This document shows, piece by piece, positions 22,242-31,309 of a DNA stretch of 64,000 bases. The DNA lies in NCBI GenBank assembly GCA_026709025.1, contig JAPOTT010000029.1, forward strand, positions 86,231 to 150,230. The letters run 5' to 3'. Origin of the DNA: a bacterium (GTDB lineage Bacteria > Actinomycetota > Acidimicrobiia > Acidimicrobiales > Bin134). Within the stretch, counting starts at the first letter, position 1; each line of letters begins with the position of its first letter. The notes below the pieces were generated by a model that made no database searches, had not been told where the DNA came from, and saw only the letters and a program-made list of their open reading frames with translations. Made by a program: the position numbers and the translations under genes.

Positions 22242-22360
22242 GCCACGTGGTGTGTAAAAGCGAAGATGGTATATGTGCAAAAACGAAGGTTGATGCTATA
22301 ATTTCACAATGCCAGGGTACGTTCCTCGCCTTGTAGATTCATTATTGGCTGAGTACCTAG
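22242..22360 (+). repeat. Direct repeat copy A: promoter plus 5' end of the DUF4143-type ATPase gene
   Basis: Roughly 75-80% identical by eye to 25388-25505. Shared blocks are gccacgtg, gtaaaagcga, gtgcaaaaac, gtgctataatt (A reads gatgctataatt), cacaat and agggta. Confidence 0.75.
22294..22302 (+). promoter_or_regulatory. Extended -10 promoter element (TGCTATAAT) for a leaderless mRNA
   Basis: TGnTATAAT ends 6 nt before the ATG at 22309, and there is no Shine-Dalgarno sequence. This geometry is typical of actinobacterial leaderless transcripts. Confidence 0.6.
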
Positions 22361-23541
22361 CGGAACTGCCCTCGGTGATACTTGTTGGGCCACGCGCCTG
22401 TGGGAAGACAACAACTGCGGCCCTTCATGCTAACACCATCGTTCAGTTGGATTCTGAGGTAGCAGGAGCGGCGTTTCGTTATGATCCAGATGCTGCCTTG
22501 CGTAATCGGGTTGAGCCGGTTTTGTTAGATGAGTGGCAGGTTGTTCCAAGCGTTATGGGGGCAGTAAAGCGTGCAGTAGATGCTGAGCGTCGTCCCGGTA
22601 GGTTTTTGATTACAGGTTCAGCCCGTCGCCAGACCGATGACCAGTTGTGGCCCGGTACTGGTCGGGTGGTGATGATGCATATGTATCCAATGACAGTGGC
22701 GGAGCGTTTGCAAAGGCCGATTCGCCCATTTGTTGACCGCATTACGGCAGGCGAGTTGCTCAACCGTGCCGAGGGCCAGGTATTAGACATACAAGATTAT
22801 TTGCAGCTAGCTCTGCGGGGTGGTTTCCCCGAGCCTGCACTTGAATTGTCGGAGTCGACAGTTAGGGGTTGGTTGGAGAGCTATGCCGATCAGGTGGCCC
22901 TGCGGGATGCACGAGCGTTTGGGGAGATTCCTGATGCTGGCCGTTTGCGTCGATACTTGGAAGCCTATGCGCTTAATTCTGCTGGAACACCGCACGATAA
23001 AACGCTCTATGACTCTGCTGGGATAACTCGCGCTACTGCGCTGGCCTATGAGAGACGGCTTGGTGAGTTGATGGTTGTGGATCAACTGCCAGCATGGTCA
23101 ACCAACCGGCTCAAGCGTTTGGCTAGAACCCCGAAGCGATACATCATTGACTCAGGTTTGCTCGGTGGCATTCTTGGCATAGGCATAGACGACTTGTTAA
23201 CCGATGGGCGGCTAATGGGCAGCATGGTTGAGACGTTTGTTGTGGCCCAACTTCGGGCAGAGGCCGCTGTTGCTCGGGTTCGTTATCGGCTATCTCATCT
23301 GCGTGAGGCGAACGGACGCCACGAGATTGATGTGATTGTGGAGTTTGGCGGGGGAAGACTTGTGGGCATTGAGGTCAAAGCATCGGCAAGCGTCACGCCA
23401 AGAGATGCCAGACATTTACTGTGGTTACAAGAAGCAATGCAAGACCGTTTTATTGCTGGCGTGGTTTTACATACCGGCCACGACACCTACAAGCTAGCCA
23501 AAAACATCACAGCCGCCCCCATCTCCACCCTCTGGTCCTAA
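22309..23541 (+). CDS. AAA-type ATPase with C-terminal DUF4143/restriction-endonuclease-like domain (AAA_14 + DUF4143 architecture)
   Basis: Walker A VGPRACGKTT and Walker B-like PVLLDEWQ. C-terminal nuclease-like core HEIDVIVEF...LVGIEVKAS. Confidence 0.75.
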   Translation: MPGYVPRLVDSLLAEYLAELPSVILVGPRACGKTTTAALHANTIVQLDSEVAGAAFRYDPDAALRNRVEPVLLDEWQVVPSVMGAVKRAVDAERRPGRFLITGSARRQTDDQLWPGTGRVVMMHMYPMTVAERLQRPIRPFVDRITAGELLNRAEGQVLDIQDYLQLALRGGFPEPALELSESTVRGWLESYADQVALRDARAFGEIPDAGRLRRYLEAYALNSAGTPHDKTLYDSAGITRATALAYERRLGELMVVDQLPAWSTNRLKRLARTPKRYIIDSGLLGGILGIGIDDLLTDGRLMGSMVETFVVAQLRAEAAVARVRYRLSHLREANGRHEIDVIVEFGGGRLVGIEVKASASVTPRDARHLLWLQEAMQDRFIAGVVLHTGHDTYKLAKNITAAPISTLWS

Positions 23542-23688
23542 CCGGTCTGAGCTGAATCCTTCAGGTGCTCGCGGTGTTTCAACCTGTGTTTTGGACGGTC
23601 TTGAACACATCATTCCACGTTATGGCCTGCCTATTTGGGTAGGATTAGTTGGCTTCCCCTGAAACTGTGATAGTAGGCAGAAGGAAAT

Positions 23689-24852
23689 ATGGTAGCTAAA
23701 ACCGTTCCCATTACAGGCAAGGTACTTGCTTGGGCTCGTGAGGAGGCTGGCCTCACGCAGAGCGAACTAGCTGAACACGCTAAACTAGGTTTGGATGGGC
23801 TGAGGGCGTGGGAAGCTGCCGAGTCTTACCCAACTAAGGGCCAGTTCAGCAAACTGCTCAATGTGTTGAAGCGTCCGTCAGCACTATTTTTTCTGCCAGA
23901 ACCGCCAGTTCATGCCGCGATGCCCACATCTCTTCGTAGTGCCCCGTCGTTGGGGGAGCACAAACTTGGACCCAAGGAAGTCAAGGAGATTCGCTGGGCA
24001 CGTAGGTTGCAAGAGTTGGCAGTTTGGGTTCTCAGAGATCAAGTCGCGCCCAAAGTTCATCTGGCTCAATATCGGCCGAGTCAAGATGCTGCGGAGATTG
24101 CATTTTTAGAGCGTTCGAAGTCGGGTATTTCACCAGATGAGCAGCTTGCATGGAAGAGTGATTCGGAGGCTTTTCGTGCGTGGCGAGAGTACTTGGAAGA
24201 GATGGGAATATTGGTCATGCAGCTCACCATGGGTAAGAACAACATCCGGGGGTTCGGGGCGTGGGACGATTACGCACCTCTTGTAGTTGTCAACACTGCT
24301 TATCACCCAACGGCTCGGATTTTCACCCTCTTTCACGAGGTTGCCCACCTGCTGACACGCACTAACGCTGCCTGTCAGAGTTTTGTAGTGCCCGGTCAGC
24401 AGGAACAGTCTACAGAGAGGTGGTGTGAGCGGTTTGCGGCTGCGTATTTGCTGCCCGAAGCCGCTCTTAAGGACGTTGCGGGGAAGCATGGAGTATCAAT
24501 TAACATGCGAACTGCCAACCCTGACACAGCGCGGCGAATCGCTAATAGGTTCTCCGTAAGCACGCGTGCTGTAGCAATTCGTCTTCAAGAGGTTGGGCTT
24601 GCAGAACCAACCTTATATCCATCTGTTGTTGCTCAGCTTTCGAGTAGAGATTGGAATGATTCCGCAGGAGGCGGGGGAGGCGACCAGCCTACTCCTAAGA
24701 AACGGATTACTCAGTTGGGCACACGTTTGCCCAACGTTCTCATAGCGGCCGCAGATCAGGGTGGTCTCACCACACGAGATCTTGCAGACCATTTTAGCCT
24801 TACGACGGGACAAGTAGAAGATCTTAAGGGCTTGCTGGATGAGTATAGATGA
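23689..24852 (+). CDS. XRE-family HTH fused to an ImmA/IrrE-type zinc metallopeptidase
   Basis: N-terminal HTH (AREEAGLTQSELAEHAKLGLDGLRAWE) and an HExxH motif (FTLFHEVAHLL). 387 aa. Confidence 0.8.
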   Translation: MVAKTVPITGKVLAWAREEAGLTQSELAEHAKLGLDGLRAWEAAESYPTKGQFSKLLNVLKRPSALFFLPEPPVHAAMPTSLRSAPSLGEHKLGPKEVKEIRWARRLQELAVWVLRDQVAPKVHLAQYRPSQDAAEIAFLERSKSGISPDEQLAWKSDSEAFRAWREYLEEMGILVMQLTMGKNNIRGFGAWDDYAPLVVVNTAYHPTARIFTLFHEVAHLLTRTNAACQSFVVPGQQEQSTERWCERFAAAYLLPEAALKDVAGKHGVSINMRTANPDTARRIANRFSVSTRAVAIRLQEVGLAEPTLYPSVVAQLSSRDWNDSAGGGGGDQPTPKKRITQLGTRLPNVLIAAADQGGLTTRDLADHFSLTTGQVEDLKGLLDEYR

Positions 24853-25321
24853 AGTTGAGGTTTGGATAATCGACTCGTCGGCCTTAATCCATGCTAAAGA
24901 GATTGTGTCAGTTAAGAAGCAGTGGGATGTCTTCAAGCATCTTGAACTGATGGTTATCGAGGGGAGTATAGCTTTACCCAGGCAAGTTATTAAGGAGTTG
25001 AGCGAGATCGCCCACCCAGATCTTCCTGGGGCGTGGGCACCAGGTGTGCGTGGCCTCCTCAAGCATCCGCTAGATGCGGGCCATCAGTAAATTTCACAGG
25101 TCATGAGGACAGTAGGTGATGTGGTTGATGTGCATAAATCAGGTGAAGACGCAGATCCGTGGGTGCTTGCGCTTGCTTTGCATATCAAGGCAGAGGGCAA
25201 AGCCGTTTGTATTGTGACAGAGGATATTGTGGATCGCCAGAGCATTTCAATTGCGACCGCAAGTGATCGCCTAGTCATAGCTCACTGCCGAGTGCGGACT
25301 TTTTTGAGCACTATGGAATAG
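24839..25321 (+). pseudogene. DUF4411-like PIN-type nuclease gene interrupted by one in-frame TAA (25088-25090)
   Basis: ORFs 24839-25090 and 25103-25321 are in the same frame. Joined they give about 160 aa, with an N-terminal IIDSSALI (PIN-like acidic site) and a C-terminal ADPWVLALAL...IVTED. The gene overlaps the ImmA gene by 14 nt. Confidence 0.65.
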
Positions 25322-25387
25322 CAGTACTTAAAGAAAAAGATAAAGCTGAAAGTTAGGTAACTACGTTCGCGTAGTAGACCTTGATCA

Positions 25388-25505
25388 GCCACGTGATATG
25401 TAAAAGCGATAGTATATTATGTGCAAAAACAACAGGTAGTGCTATAATTGCACAATATTAGGGTATCTTTATTATCTTTTGGATTGAGTTGGCTGGTCTG
25501 TTAGC
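25388..25505 (+). repeat. Direct repeat copy B: decayed promoter plus 5' gene remnant (ATG changed to ATA)
   Basis: It retains TGCTATAAT (25440-25448). The position homologous to the start codon reads ATA (25455-25457). Downstream similarity to copy A continues for about 50 nt with many C-to-T differences. Confidence 0.7.
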
Positions 25506-25509
25506 CGTG

Positions 25510-26301
25510 TTAGAGGATTTGGGATAGGAAGAGTTGGGTGCGTTCTTCTTGGGGGTTGGTGAAGAAGTGCTCGGGTTCGCCTACCTCCACGATTTCACCG
25601 TCGGCCATGAAAATAACTCTATCTGCGGCTTCTCGGGCGAAGCCCATCTCGTGAGTGACCACGATTAGGGTCATGCCGGTTTTGGCTAACTCTAGGATTA
25701 CCTCTAGCACTTCGGAGATCATCTCGGGGTCTAATGCAGAGGTGGGCTCATCAAACAGCATGATTTTGGGCTGCATGGCTAGCGAACGCGCAATAGCTAC
25801 CCGCTGTTGCTGCCCACCTGAGAGCTGACCTGGGAACTTGCGAGCTTGTTCTGGTATCTTGACCCGCTCTAGTAACTCCATAGCGCGATCTTCGGCCTGT
25901 TTTTTAGGCATCTTTAGCACTTGGCGAGGCCCCAAGGTGATGTTGTCGATCACGGTTAGGTGGGGGAACAAGTTGAACTGCTGAAAGACCATACCCGTTT
26001 CTTTACGGATGAGGGCAATGTTTCGCACATCTTCTGTGAGTTCTATACCATCCACCATGATGCGCCCCCGGTCGTGGTGTTCTAACCGGTTAATGCATCG
26101 GATTAAGGTGGATTTGCCCGACCCAGAGGGCCCAATTACCACCACTACTTCGCCTTTACCTACTTTCATGTCGATGTTCGACAGGGCTTGGAATGCCCCA
26201 AAGAACTTGTCTACCCCCGATAACTCCACCATTAGCTCCCGGCCACCAATTCGTGTGGCATCAGAATCTACATGGGATGTGTTGGTTGCTGTGTTTGTCA
26301 T
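25510..26301 (-). CDS. Polar amino-acid ABC transporter, ATP-binding protein (AapP/GlnQ-like)
   Basis: Walker [10 protein letters not shown], signature [13 protein letters not shown] and Walker [13 protein letters not shown]. Confidence 0.9.
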   Translation of the reverse strand: MTNTATNTSHVDSDATRIGGRELMVELSGVDKFFGAFQALSNIDMKVGKGEVVVVIGPSGSGKSTLIRCINRLEHHDRGRIMVDGIELTEDVRNIALIRKETGMVFQQFNLFPHLTVIDNITLGPRQVLKMPKKQAEDRAMELLERVKIPEQARKFPGQLSGGQQQRVAIARSLAMQPKIMLFDEPTSALDPEMISEVLEVILELAKTGMTLIVVTHEMGFAREAADRVIFMADGEIVEVGEPEHFFTNPQEERTQLFLSQIL

Positions 26302-27731
26302 CGTTCTCCCACTCCTAGGTGGCGCTCAAGGCGTTGGCTTTCTTTGGACATGGTGTAGCTGATAGCCCAGTAGATGAAGGCTGCAAAGACCAGGGTTTCA
26401 AAAATGGCGGTGGTAGTGAACTCTTGTTGTGAGTGGATTAGCTCTCGTGCCCTATAGAAATCCACAACGCTAATGAATGCGAAGAGGGTGCTGTCTTTAT
26501 ACAAGCTGATGAACTGACCCACCATGGCAGGGATGACAGCCCTTAGAGCTTGAGGTAGCACAATTAGGCGCATAATGGCGGGGGGTTGCATTCCTGCGGC
26601 TTGGCCAGCTTCGATTTGGCCTTTAGGAACAGCTTGTAAGCCACCACGCACAACCTCGGCTAGATACGCTGAGCTGAAAATGGTGAAGACGACTATCGTC
26701 CTTGTTGTTAAAGAAAGCGGTGTATCTGCACCGAGGAAGAAGTCAATGAATATCTTGGCAATAAACAACAAGACTATAAACGGTACGCCGCGGAAGATTT
26801 CTATATAGGTCACGCACAGCCAGCGCACTACCGGCAGTGAGGAGCGCCGCCCTAAAGCCAGAAGCAGGGCCAGTGGAAAAGATAAGATGATTGCTGCCCC
26901 TGAGGCCACCAAAGTGAGGTACAAGCCCGACCAGTCGTCCCAACTCACGCTAGAGGTGTCGCCGATTAGCCAGTAGGCTATGCGAACCACCACAACTGCG
27001 GCGGCGATAGAACCGATACGCAGCGCGGTTCGGTGCCAAGCAACGGTTGTTTCTAAGTTTGCGGTGGACTGCATTGCTATAAACGCAGCTAGGGCTGCTG
27101 TCCACCACCAAGCGTTGCCGTTTGTGCCTGAAACTACTTGGAAAGAAACGATAGCCATAAAGGCTGCTGCGTACCAGCAAGGTTGGCGAGCTGAGCGAGG
27201 TAGGCGCATAGCTCCAGAGCGAACCGTAAGTCCGACAGCGATGGTGGAAAGGGTGAACAGCGTGGGCCAGATGGTTTGCGTTAGCACAAGGATTACCGCA
27301 AGCATAAAGAGAACGGCCCAGTAGCGACGCAATAAATCTATGGGAGTAGGCCGATGTTTTTCTACGCCGGTATCTTCGGCTCGATCTAGGCTTTGGGCAG
27401 TGACCGTTCCCCAAGTCAATCCTAGAGCCGAGGCTATTATGTACATTTGAGCTACCAGTCGCCACTGTTCGTTGCGGGGGTAAACTCCGGTCATTAGGAG
27501 CGTGAGGTTCTTGCGAACTGCTTCCCACTCACCGGTAACCAACACGAAGCGCCCAAAGTAAAACACCAGGAGTGCTCCAACCACCCCAGCCACCACGCTG
27601 ATCAGAGCGTTATACCAGTTGTTAAATAGGTTCTTACGCATCCACGTGCTAGGTGAAACCCGCATGTCTGGGGGCAATCGTGATGGGTTGTTTTGCAGCG
27701 CAGTTTCAGAAGGAGGCATGGTGTCGGTCAT
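26298..27731 (-). CDS. Amino-acid ABC transporter permease (AapM-like, extended N-terminus)
   Basis: Multi-TM protein. EAA-like loop in the C-terminal half ([29 protein letters not shown]). Confidence 0.85.
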   Translation of the reverse strand: MTDTMPPSETALQNNPSRLPPDMRVSPSTWMRKNLFNNWYNALISVVAGVVGALLVFYFGRFVLVTGEWEAVRKNLTLLMTGVYPRNEQWRLVAQMYIIASALGLTWGTVTAQSLDRAEDTGVEKHRPTPIDLLRRYWAVLFMLAVILVLTQTIWPTLFTLSTIAVGLTVRSGAMRLPRSARQPCWYAAAFMAIVSFQVVSGTNGNAWWWTAALAAFIAMQSTANLETTVAWHRTALRIGSIAAAVVVVRIAYWLIGDTSSVSWDDWSGLYLTLVASGAAIILSFPLALLLALGRRSSLPVVRWLCVTYIEIFRGVPFIVLLFIAKIFIDFFLGADTPLSLTTRTIVVFTIFSSAYLAEVVRGGLQAVPKGQIEAGQAAGMQPPAIMRLIVLPQALRAVIPAMVGQFISLYKDSTLFAFISVVDFYRARELIHSQQEFTTTAIFETLVFAAFIYWAISYTMSKESQRLERHLGVGER

Positions 27732-27735
27732 CGGA

Positions 27736-29295
27736 TCATCGTTCTTTGATTTGGATTGATCGGTTATAGAGATTCAATAGTCCTGAAACAATGAGGTTCA
27801 TGACGAGGTACACGATCATCACGATAAGCATAAGTTGGGGTGCCGGGAAGTTGATGCCCCAAGCAGTAACAGCCACCAAGTAGAGATCGGGGTAGGCTAC
27901 CGCTAGCCCTAAGGAAGTGTTTTTGATGAGGTTGGCGCACTCGCTTATGTAGGGCGGGATGGCTATTCGCTGTGCCTGGGGAAGCACAACATGGCGGTAC
28001 CTTTGGCTAGGTTTCAGCGCCACCGATGTTGCAGCCTCAGTCTGGCCTTTTGGCACTGCCAGAATAGCGCCGCGCATAATTTCAGCAACAAAGCTGGCTG
28101 TGTATAGTCCTAGCCCCACAGTGAGTGATAAGTAGCCCGAGTTTGTGCTAAAACCACCTACTACTCGCCGCCCGTTGTCTGATACCGCGGGCCAAGACCA
28201 AGAGTATGGTTGGCCTACAGCCAAAAAGAACAACACCACTAGCGTTGCGAAAACGCCTAGCGACCAAATTACTCGATGATGCGACTCACCCGTAGTTTCA
28301 CTGTAGCGAGTCCGCCAAAGCCATACGGCTCCAGCCATGATTGCTGCTAGTGCTACAAGCAACCAAAAGGTTGTGACGTTGTTTTCTGCGATTAAAGAAG
28401 GGATGGCAGATCTGTCGCGGCTAACGATAATCCAGTTAGTTTCGGAGCCGAAGAAAGTACCTTGCCAAGGAGGGTTGCTCCTGTTGAAACGGGGGAGAGG
28501 TCCGTAGGTGAAGAATGCGCTGAAAAAGATGATTACAATGAGCGGTGGGATGTTGCGCAGGGTTTCTACGTAAATGCTTGCTCCTTTTGCTATCAGCCAG
28601 TTAGAGGAGAGGCGAGCGATGCCTACAAACAAGCCGACAACTGTGGCAATGATTATGCCTACCACTGCAGCCATGACAGTGTTTTGCAGACCAACTAGCA
28701 GTGCCTCCCACACGGGAGCGCTGCCGTCTAGGCCGGGGGCATCTCGCAATGCCACTCCATAGGGATCGTTGAGGAAACCGAAACCCTTAGGTAGACCGAC
28801 CTCGTCCATTCTCACTATGAGGTTGTGGAACATCCAGCGGAGCATGGCTACCACAAAAACTAAAGCCAGACCTTGCCCTGCTATCCGAATCATTCGCACA
28901 TCGCGCCATAGTGCAGGTATATCGGGTTCAGGCACTCGAGGGTCTTCTGTGGAAAGTGTCCTCTGGGCGTTGCCGTCGTAAATTGAGCGGATACCCACTG
29001 CAGCCATGCCTGGTGTCTGTCCGATTCGCACGGTGTCTACCAACATGACGATCAAGATGGCTGTAGGCACTAAGGCGATGAACACCCAGGCGAGCGCAAG
29101 TTCTGCAATATCGCTGTAGTTATCTAGGAGCCGTAGCCCTAGTTGCCAAATTGAGATAACTCCAACCAGGGTTAAAAGCAACAGATCGCCTAGAAGCGCT
29201 AGCGCTCTTTTGCTATAAGGCGCGGACGGGACTGTGGCTAGGTCTAGTTGCGTTCTGTTGGTAGCAGCAGTTCTTTTCATAGAAGCGTGAACCAA
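27736..29295 (-). CDS. Amino-acid ABC transporter permease (AapQ-like, extended N-terminus)
   Basis: Multi-TM protein. EAA-like loop (TASFVAEIMRGAILAVPKGQTEAATSVAL). Confidence 0.85.
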   Translation of the reverse strand: MVHASMKRTAATNRTQLDLATVPSAPYSKRALALLGDLLLLTLVGVISIWQLGLRLLDNYSDIAELALAWVFIALVPTAILIVMLVDTVRIGQTPGMAAVGIRSIYDGNAQRTLSTEDPRVPEPDIPALWRDVRMIRIAGQGLALVFVVAMLRWMFHNLIVRMDEVGLPKGFGFLNDPYGVALRDAPGLDGSAPVWEALLVGLQNTVMAAVVGIIIATVVGLFVGIARLSSNWLIAKGASIYVETLRNIPPLIVIIFFSAFFTYGPLPRFNRSNPPWQGTFFGSETNWIIVSRDRSAIPSLIAENNVTTFWLLVALAAIMAGAVWLWRTRYSETTGESHHRVIWSLGVFATLVVLFFLAVGQPYSWSWPAVSDNGRRVVGGFSTNSGYLSLTVGLGLYTASFVAEIMRGAILAVPKGQTEAATSVALKPSQRYRHVVLPQAQRIAIPPYISECANLIKNTSLGLAVAYPDLYLVAVTAWGINFPAPQLMLIVMIVYLVMNLIVSGLLNLYNRSIQIKER

Positions 29296-29310
29296 AACTA
29301 TAGACGAAAA

Positions 29311-29344
29311 CAGCCCACCGGTATGTTAACCGGTGGGCTGTTTT
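29311..29344. terminator. Bidirectional intrinsic terminator/attenuator hairpin between the binding-protein and permease genes
   Basis: Perfect 11-bp stem cagcccaccgg/ccggtgggctg with an 8-nt loop. It is flanked by AAAA (29307-29310) and TTTT (29341-29344). Confidence 0.6.
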
Positions 29345-29384
29345 GGATTAGTGCTTGCTCGCCACTAGACGAGCCAGAGTTTAC

Positions 29385-30524
29385 CTAGCGGTAGGGAGGC
29401 ACGTACATGAGGCCGCCATTAGACCATAGGTCGTTAACGCTGCCTTCAAGCACTCCTAACTGCGGATAGCGGTTGAAGATCTCCTCATAGTTGCCAACTT
29501 GCTCCACCACATGGACAGCGAAGTCGTCTGGTAGTCCAAGACCTGGGTTGAAGCCATCCCCGTCTTGCCCCGCACCAATGAAGTTCAAGATGTTGGGGTC
29601 GGTGCCGCTGTAGCTCCCAATATTGCTGGAGTCAAGCCCGAACTCCCATGCTTGAACGGTTGCCATGGTGGCCCAGTTCACAACCTGTGCCCACTCGGTA
29701 TCACCATCGCGTACCACGGTGCCCAAGGGCTCCTTGGAGATAAGCTCTGTCATGATGTGCTGGTCGTCTCCGCCGTCTTGCTCAATTTCATACTTGAATA
29801 CACCAAGCACGCTGCTGTCGGCTGTCATCGCTTCACATTGGCCTTCCTCATAGGCTGGCACCAAGGTGTCAAAGCCCTCAAAGGTGACAGGGTTGAAGGG
29901 TATTTGTCGAGCTTGGAAAACTGCGGTCAGGTTCAATTCGGTAGTAGTTCCAGTGCTCACGCAGATGTTGGCATCTTCTAGGTCGTTCAATGTGGTGAAC
30001 CCTGTGGATGCGGGCACCATGATGCCTTGGCCGTCGTAGTAGGTGGTGAACAAGAAGTTGGCACCCTCATCACCGTCACGGGTGGCCGTCCAAGTGGTGT
30101 TGCGGTTCATCACCTCAAATTGGCCTGAGGCCAAAGCGGTGAAACGCTCGGCACTGGTAACGGGCACGATCTCAACTTCATCAGCATCACCAAAGATGGC
30201 TGCGGCTACCGCGCGGCACATGTCGATGTCAAAGCCCTCATACTCGCCAGCATCATTTAACAGAGCAAAGCCGGGCACATCGTCACGGGAGCCACAGCGT
30301 ACATTACCGCGATCCAACACAGTTTGCAGCGTGCCACCATTTTGAGCGAGAACAATAGGGGTTGCTTCTGCATCTGCTCCTGAGTCTGCGGTGGCTGATG
30401 GGGTTGCGGTGTTGCTTGGCGCGTCGGCGCTGCTGTCGTCGTCGTTGCCACAGGAGGCAGCGATTAGAGAAAAAGCCATAAGTAACCCAAGCAGGGCCAG
30501 CAAGCGGCTAATGGACTTTTGCAT
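29385..30524 (-). CDS. Amino-acid ABC transporter substrate-binding lipoprotein (AapJ-like)
   Basis: Signal peptide plus lipobox (LIAASCGNDDD). I prefer the ATG at 30524, which has GGAG 6 nt upstream, over the start at 30551. Confidence 0.85.
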   Translation of the reverse strand: MQKSISRLLALLGLLMAFSLIAASCGNDDDSSADAPSNTATPSATADSGADAEATPIVLAQNGGTLQTVLDRGNVRCGSRDDVPGFALLNDAGEYEGFDIDMCRAVAAAIFGDADEVEIVPVTSAERFTALASGQFEVMNRNTTWTATRDGDEGANFLFTTYYDGQGIMVPASTGFTTLNDLEDANICVSTGTTTELNLTAVFQARQIPFNPVTFEGFDTLVPAYEEGQCEAMTADSSVLGVFKYEIEQDGGDDQHIMTELISKEPLGTVVRDGDTEWAQVVNWATMATVQAWEFGLDSSNIGSYSGTDPNILNFIGAGQDGDGFNPGLGLPDDFAVHVVEQVGNYEEIFNRYPQLGVLEGSVNDLWSNGGLMYVPPYR

Positions 30525-30687
30525 GTTGTTGCTCCAAACGTTGGAATTCAAGACTTAGTTACGCTAGCGGGTGGGTTGCGGTTTTGCTAGTCTCTTGCCA
30601 AGATTTTTTCTTAAATGGTGGTTTTGGTGTTCATCTGTTGGCAAGTTGTGTTCAATGGGTGTGTAGAGTGTGCCTACAGGCGTGTTT

Positions 30688-30735
30688 GGGCGGCTATGGT
30701 CGGGTGATATGGGGCGGCTATGGTCGGGTGATATG
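30688..30735 (+). repeat. Perfect 24-bp tandem duplication (gggcggctatggtcgggtgatatg x2) at the NUDIX gene start
   Basis: Units 30688-30711 and 30712-30735 are identical. Each ends in an in-frame ATG. Confidence 0.95.
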
Positions 30736-31227
30736 GCTTGGACTTTGCAGCGCCCGGCGGCTCGGGTTGTGCTTTTGGATAGCCAAAGTCGGGTGTTTTT
30801 GATGCGGGCCAGCGACCCAGTAAACCCTCAAAAGCTACCCTGGTGGGAAATCCCCGGTGGCGGGCTAGACCCAGGAGAGGATTTTGTGGATTGTGCCCGT
30901 CGTGAGCTGTGGGAGGAGGCTGGTTTTTTAGATGTGGAGATGGGGCCATGTATCTGGACACAGCAGGTTAGCTTTGAGTTTGCTGGCCTTTGGTTTGATT
31001 CCAGCGAGCAGATTTTTGTGGCGTGGGCCAAGGATGGGGGCCAGTGGGCACCACAGCGCCTAGAGATGTTGGAAGCAGCAGCTTTTATTGAAGCTCGCTG
31101 GTGGAGCCTAGAGGAACTGTTGGCTAGCAAGGAGAAGGTGCTGCCTGAGCGCTTGCGAGAGTTCTTACCCGACGTTGTGGCAGGCAAGCTGCCAGATGCA
31201 CCGATTGATATAAGCCCCGTTGTTTAG
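30733..31227 (+). CDS. NUDIX hydrolase
   Basis: Nudix box GGGLDPGEDFVDCARRELWEEAG. The start is ambiguous (30670 GTG, 30709 ATG or 30733 ATG) because of the duplication. Confidence 0.85.
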   Translation: MAWTLQRPAARVVLLDSQSRVFLMRASDPVNPQKLPWWEIPGGGLDPGEDFVDCARRELWEEAGFLDVEMGPCIWTQQVSFEFAGLWFDSSEQIFVAWAKDGGQWAPQRLEMLEAAAFIEARWWSLEELLASKEKVLPERLREFLPDVVAGKLPDAPIDISPVV

Positions 31228-31309
31228 GTAAGGCCACTCAGTCAGCTCACTTAGATAGCTAGCGAGTTCAGCTAAGAAACCTCTGCACGGCCAGTTTAGA
31301 AATCATTGC

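Noticed and set aside
26950-27528. 192-aa and 114-aa ORFs inside the AapM-like permease gene
   Set aside because: They lie in alternative frames of, or antisense to, a multi-TM permease that has a clear EAA loop.
30584-30802. 72-aa plus-strand ORF upstream of and overlapping the NUDIX gene
   Set aside because: It is out of frame with the Nudix box, Cys/Gly-rich, and includes the 24-bp duplication. It is most likely non-coding 5' region.
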